NCBI GenBank assembly: GCA_036918135.1
Contig: JBALDB010000002.1
Span: 128,001-192,000 of the forward strand
DNA from: Nostoc sp.
GTDB taxonomy: Bacteria > Cyanobacteriota > Cyanobacteriia > Cyanobacteriales > Nostocaceae
Direction of reading: 5' to 3'
Length of the DNA stretch: 64,000 nucleotides
Part shown: in pieces, positions 1 through 7,221 of the stretch
Position numbering within the stretch: position 1 is the stretch's first letter
Layout: each line of letters starts with the position of its first letter
Position numbers and translations under genes: made by a program
Notes under the pieces: model-generated
Told to the model about the DNA's origin: nothing
The model's database searches: none
What the model saw: only the letters and a program-made list of their open reading frames with translations

Positions 1-406
1 CATGTTGAACATCGGCTTCGATTCTGGCTGCTTGCAGTACCTCAAAAAGTGGAACGCCGCCCCAGACTGCGTTGCTAACTGCTCCTGCACTCCAAGGTTC
101 TTCACCTTCAATCGGCTTGGCTTCGATCAACTCATCACGCCGATTGCCAGCGCAGTAAAGCGTTGCCATAACTGTACGTTTCGGGAATTTTTCTCGAATT
201 TCATTCAATGAAAAATGCAGTGGCTGACCTACACTGCCATCAATAGACAAATGATAGGCGGCTGGATCGATATTAGGAATCGAACCGTGATTGCGGATGT
301 AAAATAATTCTTTCGGTGTGACAAAGTTTTGCCGTAGCAGCTTCAACGGTGGCTCTGCGTTTAAAGGTATCTGCTCTCGGATAATTAGGTCTGAATGCTT
401 AATCAT
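1..406 (-). CDS. Sulfite oxidase-family molybdopterin oxidoreductase (5' part; runs off window start)
   Basis: Hand translation from ATG at 406: MIKHSDLIIREQIPLNAEPP...TPKELFYIRNHG...ATLYCAGNRR...GAVSNAVWGG. It has the NAEPP, FYIRNH and CAGNRR (Mo-ligand Cys) motifs and overlaps the upstream gene's stop by 8 nt. Not in ORF track. Confidence 0.9.
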   Translation of the reverse strand, partial: MIKHSDLIIREQIPLNAEPPLKLLRQNFVTPKELFYIRNHGSIPNIDPAAYHLSIDGSVGQPLHFSLNEIREKFPKRTVMATLYCAGNRRDELIEAKPIEGEEPWSAGAVSNAVWGGVPLFEVLQAARIEADVQH

Positions 407-1586
407 GGTGCTTGTACGATTTATTATTGAGAATAATTTCCCCTTTATTATTAATCTTTAATGGATTTTTAGGAAAAGCTTGATTATTTAAATAACGCAT
501 AAGTTTCACAGTCTGAAAATTTCGATCTACTTGAGGAATTCCTTGTCGATCCATACGAATCGGAATAATTTTACTTGATACCAAATTTCCAACTGAATTG
601 AGTTTGACTTCTAAAATCAGTGAGTCACCTGTTTGAGCATTTGTAGATAAAGTTCGATATCCCAAAAAATTCCCTAAAGAATAAGCTATAATTTTTTTCT
701 TATAAATTTCCATTGCTCTCGGAACATGAGGCCCGTGTCCCAGTATTAAGTCTGCTCCCGCATCAATCATTTTTCGGGCAAAGTTGATTGAATTACCTCG
801 GTTTTCTCCATAAAAAAACTCTGTCTGATTCTTAATATGTAGTGCCTCCGTTCCTTCGGCTCCAGCGTGCATCGATACTATTACAATCTTGGCATTCTTT
901 TTAGCTTTTACTACGAGTTTTTTGGCTACTGCTAAATTCTGAATGGAATTATACATTTCATAAGGAGAAAAACCAATCATTGCCACAGAAATATTGTTAG
1001 GTTTTAGATAGAGAATTTGATTTTTATGACCTAATGTAGCAATACCCACAGCCTCAAGATTCTTCTTTGTATCTTTAAACCCTACTAGACCAAAATCCAT
1101 TGCATGGTTATTCGCCATATTGAAGACATTAAAACCAGCCTTAGCAAATAACTGAGCATATACAGGTGGAGAGCGAAATGCAAAGACTTGTCCTCGACTA
1201 ATATCTTTAGTAGTGTAAGGATAATTAGTTAAACTACTTTCAAAGTTCCCAAACAAGATATCAGCTCCTTGTAAGTGAGTTTTCACTAATTTTGGTAATA
1301 ATTGCTCCCGAAAGCGAGGTAATTTGTAGTTAGGAAAATTAGTACCCGGAATAATATCTCCAACAGCTTTGATAGTAATGGTCTTGAGAAAGGTTTGTTT
1401 TTTGGATGTTGGTGGCGTGGATTCAGGTACAACTAATGGTAATAAGCTAGGTTCAGTCGGTGTAGTCGCAGCATTTGTTCGCTGCGATTGCCCCACTCTA
1501 ATCACGACTCCGGCACCAATACATAGATAAAAACACACACTAATAAAAGCAAACGAAACTGTTTGCCCTAAACTCGAATTAGCCAT
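399..1586 (-). CDS. CapA/PGA_cap-family metallophosphoesterase with N-terminal membrane anchor
   Basis: Motifs AVGDI, GNFES, ANNHAMD, SMHAG, GHGPHV and YSLGNF; hydrophobic N-terminus followed by a Pro/Thr linker. Confidence 0.88.
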   Translation of the reverse strand: MANSSLGQTVSFAFISVCFYLCIGAGVVIRVGQSQRTNAATTPTEPSLLPLVVPESTPPTSKKQTFLKTITIKAVGDIIPGTNFPNYKLPRFREQLLPKLVKTHLQGADILFGNFESSLTNYPYTTKDISRGQVFAFRSPPVYAQLFAKAGFNVFNMANNHAMDFGLVGFKDTKKNLEAVGIATLGHKNQILYLKPNNISVAMIGFSPYEMYNSIQNLAVAKKLVVKAKKNAKIVIVSMHAGAEGTEALHIKNQTEFFYGENRGNSINFARKMIDAGADLILGHGPHVPRAMEIYKKKIIAYSLGNFLGYRTLSTNAQTGDSLILEVKLNSVGNLVSSKIIPIRMDRQGIPQVDRNFQTVKLMRYLNNQAFPKNPLKINNKGEIILNNKSYKHHD

Positions 1587-1591
1587 CGTTC

Positions 1592-1602
1592 ACTCCTCAC
1601 AC
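1592..1602 (-). promoter_or_regulatory. Candidate Yfr1 sRNA target site overlapping the RBS of the CapA gene
   Basis: The mRNA strand reads GTGTGAGGAGT 5 nt before the ATG, an exact complement of the Yfr1 motif ACUCCUCACAC. Confidence 0.6.
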
Positions 1603-1732
1603 AATGGCATTAGTTTATCTTAAAAATCTGTGCTGGCAGTGTATATTTTAGTATAATCGAAAAATATCTGCCTAAGTAATTACTGAAGTATATTTATTAT
1701 AATTTTTAGAGTATTATTCTAAAAACTTTTAA

Positions 1733-1905
1733 CTACTTCTCTCTATCTAACTTCTCTTGGATAGCTTGAGGACAGAATTCAGGAGGGTCACCTTTAGCCT
1801 TCACTGCTTGCTTCATTGATTCAGTGCATCTAAAGCTAATAGAAGTTGTCATAGGCTCCTCTCCCTTGCGTTGACCAGGTTCTAAATTCTCAGAAGTTCC
1901 CTTAT
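1733..1905 (-). pseudogene. 5'-truncated small ribbon-helix-helix-like DNA-binding protein remnant
   Basis: KGTSENLEPGQRKGEEPMTTSISFRCTESMKQAVKAKGDPPEFCPQAIQEKLD resembles small cyanobacterial RHH-type proteins. The track ORF start lies inside the tRNA. Confidence 0.4.
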
Positions 1906-1919
1906 ATTGACAACAAAAA

Positions 1920-2004
1920 CGGAGAGGGGGGGATTCGAACCCCCGTTGGGTTTCCCCAAAACGCATTTCGAGTGCGTCACCATGAACCGCTCGGACACCT
2001 CTCC
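1920..2004 (-). tRNA. trnS: tRNA-Ser(CGA)
   Basis: GGAGAGG acceptor stem, anticodon arm ACGCA-CT-CGA-AA-TGCGT, long variable arm, GGGGGTTCGAATCCCCC T-arm; CCA not encoded. Confidence 0.96.
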
Positions 2005-2330
2005 AGGTATTTATTTACAGATTTGAGATTTATATCTAAATTCAAATCTAGGTAAATTAGGGAAATGTTAGTGCATCCCCTACACTATTATAGCATTGTG
2101 ACTAGAATATTTTATTGACTAATACTTGAGCGATCGCCGTAGCTGAAATCCTCTATTTTTGCTTTAATTCTGAAGTTAGATCGATTTTTACTTTTTATTT
2201 AGTACTCGGCACAAGCTAAACGCCCCATTATCATCAACAGCACTGTTTCGGTGACTTCTGTTTGCGTGAGTCTTAACAATCAATCTTCAACTTAACCTGA
2301 TATTAATCCCACAGTCAGCAATTCCTAAAA

Positions 2331-2355
2331 AGGCGTAGTCCGTGGTAGACATCGC
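2331..2355 (-). repeat. Small dispersed repeat starting with a HIP1 half-site (GCGATGTCTACCACGGACTACGCCT)
   Basis: Matches the copy at 47640-47664 at 22 of 25 positions. Confidence 0.6.
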
Positions 2356-2417
2356 TGCTTTCAATGTCAAGCTACGATTTACTCGAACACCATGCAGCAT
2401 ACAGCCTGAGGTTTTGC

Positions 2418-3425
2418 ATGAAAGTAGCAGTATTCAGCACAAAAGCCTACGATCGGCAGTTTTTGTCAGCTGTAAATTCTCCCACCGAACATGAGTTAGT
2501 ATTTTTTGAACCTCGTTTAAATCAGGATACCGCTATCCTCGCTGCTGAATTTCCCGCTGTTTGCGTATTCGTCCATGACCAGGTTGATGCACCAACTTTA
2601 GAACTTTTAGCTTCACGAGGAACTCACCTAGTTGTCCTCCGCTGTGCTGGATTTAACAATGTAGACTTACAAGCAGCAGCAGACTTAGGGATTACTGTTG
2701 TGCGTGTTCCCGCCTATTCACCCTATGGCGTAGCAGAACATGCTGTAGGATTAATTTTGAGCTTAAATCGCAAAATTCATCGTGCTTATAACCGCGTGCG
2801 AGAAAGCAATTTTTCCCTAGATGGACTCTTGGGATTTAACCTGCATCAGCGTACAGTAGGGATTATTGGCACTGGGAAAATCGGTCTAATTTTAGGACAG
2901 ATTATGAAGGGATTTGGCTGTGACATCCTCGCTTATGATGTGTATCACAATCCAGAATTGGAAGCCTTAGGTGGAAAGTATGTGGAATTGCCTGAGTTAT
3001 TTGCCACCTCTGATATTATCTCTCTGCATTGTCCTCTGACTCCAGAAACACATCATTTGATTGATGCTGAAGCTATAGAACAAATCAAGTCAGGCGTGAT
3101 GCTAATTAATACTAGCAGAGGAGCGCTGATCGATACCCAAGCAGTAATTGAAGGACTAAAGTCTGGTAAAATTGGCTATCTCGGTGTTGATGTCTACGAA
3201 CAAGAATCAGAATTGTTCTTTGAAGACTTGTCTGGCGAAATCATTCAGGATGATATTTTCCAGCGCTTGACAACATTTCCGAATGTACTAATTACTGGAC
3301 ACCAAGCCTTTTTTACAGCAGAAGCTCTCTACAAGATTGCAGAGACAACTTTTGCTAACATTAGCGATGTTGAACAAGGTCGTCCCTGTGCGAATGAAAT
3401 CCGCGCTCAACCAAAAGGTAACTAG
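2418..3425 (+). CDS. ldhA: D-lactate / 2-hydroxyacid dehydrogenase
   Basis: MKVAVFSTK start with GAGGT RBS; RCAGFNNVD, VPAYSP, GTGKIG, INTSRG, DVYEQE and ITGHQAF motifs. Confidence 0.9.
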   Translation: MKVAVFSTKAYDRQFLSAVNSPTEHELVFFEPRLNQDTAILAAEFPAVCVFVHDQVDAPTLELLASRGTHLVVLRCAGFNNVDLQAAADLGITVVRVPAYSPYGVAEHAVGLILSLNRKIHRAYNRVRESNFSLDGLLGFNLHQRTVGIIGTGKIGLILGQIMKGFGCDILAYDVYHNPELEALGGKYVELPELFATSDIISLHCPLTPETHHLIDAEAIEQIKSGVMLINTSRGALIDTQAVIEGLKSGKIGYLGVDVYEQESELFFEDLSGEIIQDDIFQRLTTFPNVLITGHQAFFTAEALYKIAETTFANISDVEQGRPCANEIRAQPKGN

Positions 3426-3768
3426 CAGCGCTACTTCGCCAACCGATATACCCGTGATTATGGATGAGAAAGATGAGGAGATGGGGAGACAGCCTTAGAA
3501 CCTGTAACAAGTCTTTCCCCTTGTCCTCTTTCCTATACCCTATGCCCAATTCCTAATCTCTATAAAATGAAGTATTGGCGTGAAACTATAGCTGTAACTG
3601 CGTGTATTTTAATTGAGCTTGTTACAGCGCAAACGCAGCTTAATTTTTTTGGAGTATTTTCCCAGTTTCAGTATTAATTCTCAGTGAATTTATATCAGCA
3701 GAACGAGCAAAATTACCAATAAATGTTGCTTTTGAATATACTGCGCCTTCGACTTTAAAGGTTGTGAT

Positions 3769-4437
3769 TTAGTGTGATGCAGCTTCTAAAGCAGCTGCTA
3801 CTACGCGAAAATGTTCATCCTGCTGGAGTTTGGCGATTAATAGCTTGGCTTGGGGGTCTTGAGTGCTAGAGAGAGCGATCGCTGTTTTCCATCGGTTTCT
3901 CCAGTATGAATCTTGTGCAAGTTCGGTCAACAGCGCCAAAGCTTGATTCTTCAAAGATGATTTTAACAGTTGACCAAGGGCAATAATCCCTGCTTCTTTA
4001 ACACTTTGGGTTTTGTCCTTCAAAGATTCAATTGCAACAGCTAATAAAATTTCATCCTCCTTAGTTTCCATAAGTAGAGAAATCACCGTCTGACGAACTA
4101 ACCAGTTGTCAGACCGCATAAATAGCTGTTTAAGTAAGGGAATCGTCACGTCACCAAATTCAAAAAGGGAATTGGCAGCTTCCGATAATACATTAGGATC
4201 TTGGTTATGTTCGAGTATTTCTTGCAGAGCTAGAAATGAAGCTTCACTCAGGTGGTTACCCAAACCCATTACCGCAAGACGACAAAGTCCAACGTCTTTT
4301 TCGTTAGCTAGCTTCTGGAGTATCGGAACAGCAACTTCAGATGGAAATTCTGCCAGATCATCTAAGGCAGCTTTGCGCTGATTCAAGGCTTTGGAGCGTA
4401 AATTCAATTCAATCTGCTCGATGTGATTTTGATTCAT
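3769..4437 (-). CDS. HEAT-repeat (PBS lyase / NblB-like) protein
   Basis: Repeated HEAT helices (RLAVMGLG, EAANSL, WLVRQTV, WRNRWKTA). Start placed at MNQNH. Confidence 0.75.
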   Translation of the reverse strand: MNQNHIEQIELNLRSKALNQRKAALDDLAEFPSEVAVPILQKLANEKDVGLCRLAVMGLGNHLSEASFLALQEILEHNQDPNVLSEAANSLFEFGDVTIPLLKQLFMRSDNWLVRQTVISLLMETKEDEILLAVAIESLKDKTQSVKEAGIIALGQLLKSSLKNQALALLTELAQDSYWRNRWKTAIALSSTQDPQAKLLIAKLQQDEHFRVVAAALEAASH

Positions 4438-4581
4438 GTGCTTAAGTAGTAACTCAATCTCCAGTGCCTTTGACGAGCATTGCACTCGTGGATTACTTTT
4501 ATATTAGTTTTATTTATTTAAGGGCAAGTGACAAGCTTAGAATAGATATGCTTGGTGTTAGCGCTAAAAACTTTAAACTAC

Positions 4582-4706
4582 GTAGGTTGGATTGAGGAAC
4601 GTAGACGCCCAGAGGGCGGCTTCCCGTAGTGGAACCCAACATTTCCGGGGTTTTGTTAGGTTTGCTTTCGTACCCCTACGGGGAAGCAAGCTACAACCCA
4701 ACCTAC
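4582..4706. repeat. GTAG-ended palindromic REP/MITE-like element carrying two small inserts
   Basis: Ends GTAGGTTGGATTG ... CAACCCAACCTAC, inner AACCCAACA/TGTTAGGTT pair, and GC-rich inserts near 4602-4632 and at 4671-4694. Confidence 0.65.
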
Positions 4707-4845
4707 AATTATCCTTGACCCAAGCGTATTAGCTTAGAATACCCGCAGCCTATGTACTTGGAAAATTCTAGTTTTATTTTGGTGCTATTGTCTACTTCTC
4801 TGGGAATAATAGCTTTGTAGATTACCGCTATTCCAAAAAAATTAA

Positions 4846-4873
4846 CCCTCAGCTTACCACTGGGGGCTTTTTT
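4846..4873 (+). terminator. Intrinsic terminator (no + strand CDS upstream)
   Basis: CCCTCAG-7 nt loop-CTGGGGG followed by CTTTTTT. Confidence 0.55.
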
Positions 4874-4962
4874 GTTTGGCAAAATGGCAGATCTATCAAT
4901 CAGAGGCTTGGTATCGTATTGGAGTAGGATACATTCCATGCGAAAAAGTACTGACTTGCATT

Positions 4963-4989
4963 ACCCCTGGTTAACTTCCAGGGGTTTTT
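4963..4989 (+). terminator. Intrinsic terminator (no + strand CDS upstream)
   Basis: ACCCCTGG-TTAACTT-CCAGGGGT followed by a T run. Confidence 0.6.
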
Positions 4990-5145
4990 ATTCAAACTTG
5001 GTCAGAATTTAGCACTCACGATTCAAAAGTCAAATTTTACAGGCAACAGCGAGGGTGCGCCATAGCATGGGGTATTTCTCTACCTCACGTTGGCGTAACC
5101 CAAGGTAGAGAAGCTGAAATCTGCTGTCAATTTGGTAAAACTAAA

Positions 5146-6099
5146 TTACCAATTATGGTAGAGTTTTTCTGCATAAAACATAATTTCTTCATTTGGCAGT
5201 CTAATTTTTGGTTTTTGCCGGGGGTATAAACTTTCAACTGCACCTGTATCCTGTTCTATGACTTTAGCTGCTACTTGCAAAACTGAATTTTTAAAAAACA
5301 ATTTCATCAAAGAATTGCTCACTTGAGCATACATCAAAATGAAGGTCTTAGTTGTTTTTTCTGTTTGAGGATAGAGAATGTGAATTTGAGCTATATCACC
5401 AATAGGGGTTTTAGTAAAGAAAGCTGTAGTTGTAGGAAAAGCGTATTCGAGCGTGTTACTGAGAATTTTAGGAAAGATTCCTAAAACAGGATTTTTAATA
5501 ATTTCTCCTAGCGTATTTTTGGCTCTTTTCAAATCTTGTTTTACTGTGGCATAATATCCTGTTTCTTCAAAAGAAGTTACATTACAAGATGTAATTTTAA
5601 ATAGCTCTTTATGAGTACCGTTTTGGTGATTATAGTCGTAGTTAACCATTAGATTACTCAAAAAGTCTCCCTGAATATTTTTTTCGCCAGTTACCCCAAG
5701 AAATTCATAGTCATCTACAATTCTCTGATGTAAATCTGGGATAGGTAATCTTGGTTCAAATCCACAATATGTCCAGATACAATCGTTACTAATAATTAGC
5801 TCTAATGGTTTGAGAATTGGCTGATTACCTTTTTTATCTTCTTGATAAAGTTTCCCTTGTCCATCAAATTCTAGTGCATGAAAAGGGCAAGTAATAGTAT
5901 CTCTTTCTTCACCAACCCAGCCGGATGATAAGGGTGCTTGCATGTGAGGACAGATGTTATCAAGGGCAAAGACTTCACCTTTTTGGTTTTGCCAAATTAC
6001 ATAATCATGCCCATTTAAAGTGATTTTATGAGGTTTATTTACTCCTAATGTAGATTTGTGCGCGATTAACCAAGGCGCGCCAGGTAAAATTACTTGCAT
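5146..6099 (-). CDS. Rieske [2Fe-2S] non-heme iron oxygenase
   Basis: CPH...CPFH Rieske ligands; DYNHQNGTH and a distal EQD as mononuclear-iron ligands; GGAG RBS. Confidence 0.88.
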   Translation of the reverse strand: MQVILPGAPWLIAHKSTLGVNKPHKITLNGHDYVIWQNQKGEVFALDNICPHMQAPLSSGWVGEERDTITCPFHALEFDGQGKLYQEDKKGNQPILKPLELIISNDCIWTYCGFEPRLPIPDLHQRIVDDYEFLGVTGEKNIQGDFLSNLMVNYDYNHQNGTHKELFKITSCNVTSFEETGYYATVKQDLKRAKNTLGEIIKNPVLGIFPKILSNTLEYAFPTTTAFFTKTPIGDIAQIHILYPQTEKTTKTFILMYAQVSNSLMKLFFKNSVLQVAAKVIEQDTGAVESLYPRQKPKIRLPNEEIMFYAEKLYHNW

Positions 6100-6330
6100 T
6101 TTTCCTCCAAAATTTGGAAAATTGATTTATTAACAAATAATTCGGGAGTCAGTTGTCAATCTTAAAAGTTCAAATTTGTGATTGACGAGCAAGTATTGCC
6201 TGTCCTACCATTGCTCTTTTAAATATCAATTGGGATAATTAAGGTTTAGTTAGCAATGGGCAAGGTAATACTACCAAGCATTGCTCGGCTAACTTCGACT
6301 ACTGTGTGGCTAAATTATGGGAATAGATAG

Positions 6331-6411
6331 TTAACTAATTTTTTAGTTAATTAACTATTAATTTAGTAGACTTGATCTTTTGTGTCAACTACTAACCAAT
6401 TTTTTAGTTAA
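6331..6411. promoter_or_regulatory. Putative TetR operators (8-4-8 inverted repeats)
   Basis: Perfect TTAACTAA-TTTT-TTAGTTAA at 6331-6350, a near-identical copy at 6392-6411, and a degenerate copy at 6351-6370, all between the divergent Rieske and TetR genes. Confidence 0.7.
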
Positions 6412-6439
6412 GATGTTTTCGTTAAGCTGATGGAGCAAC

Positions 6440-7096
6440 GTGGTTCGTTCAACGCAGTCAAAAGTTTCAGATAAAAAACCTCGCCAGGTGCGGGATGCAG
6501 AGGCGACGAAAAAGCAGATTCTTGATGCGGCAGAAGCAGAGTTTGCCAGAAATGGACTTAGTGGGGCGCGAACGGAGGCGATCGCCAAAGGTGCAGGTGT
6601 CACCACAGCGATGATTTACTACTACTTCCAGAGCAAGGAAGGATTATATCAAGCTGTGCTGCAACGCCCAGCGCTAGAAATGCACGAAGTTCTTCAGCAG
6701 TTAAATTTCGATAATTTCCCACCAGAGGAGGCTCTGAAGTTGCTTGTTAAAGAAGCGATCGCGTATGAAGCAGCCCACCCACACCGAGGAATGCTTTGGT
6801 TTCAAGAAGCAAACCAAAATCAGGGAAAGTATTTCAAACAGGGGAATTGGCAAGAAAATTTTGCCTATCTCATCAAGATTTTAGAGCGCGGGATGGCAGA
6901 GGGTTGTTTTCGTCAACTCGATCCATTTCTCACTACCCTGCATATTATTGGGGTTTGTAATTTATACTTCAATGCCTACGAAAACATCAAGCATACTAGA
7001 CCGGATTTGGAACTGCTGAGTCCAGAAATGATTGAGCAGCACACCCAAGCAGCAGTGAATTTTATTTTGGCTGCTGTACTACTTACTGGAGATTAG
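6440..7096 (+). CDS. TetR/AcrR-family transcriptional regulator
   Basis: ILDAAEAEFARNGLSGARTEAIAKGAGVTTAMIYYYFQSKEGLY helix-turn-helix. Confidence 0.93.
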   Translation: MVRSTQSKVSDKKPRQVRDAEATKKQILDAAEAEFARNGLSGARTEAIAKGAGVTTAMIYYYFQSKEGLYQAVLQRPALEMHEVLQQLNFDNFPPEEALKLLVKEAIAYEAAHPHRGMLWFQEANQNQGKYFKQGNWQENFAYLIKILERGMAEGCFRQLDPFLTTLHIIGVCNLYFNAYENIKHTRPDLELLSPEMIEQHTQAAVNFILAAVLLTGD

Positions 7097-7221
7097 AGAT
7101 TGAACTCGAAATTTTGATTATGAATACGAACTTTTTAAAGTAAATTATTGATATTATTTCTCATATACATGATTAGATTTCGCTATTTATTGTATATGAG
7201 CTAAATCTCCATCTCATTTAT

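Noticed and set aside
2..211. 69-aa + strand ORF
   Set aside because: Antisense shadow of the sulfite-oxidase gene.
399..1586. Poly-gamma-glutamate capsule operon
   Set aside because: No capB or capC genes are adjacent.
1733..1966. 77-aa ORF as annotated in the track
   Set aside because: Its first codons lie inside tRNA-Ser; only the distal part looks protein-like.
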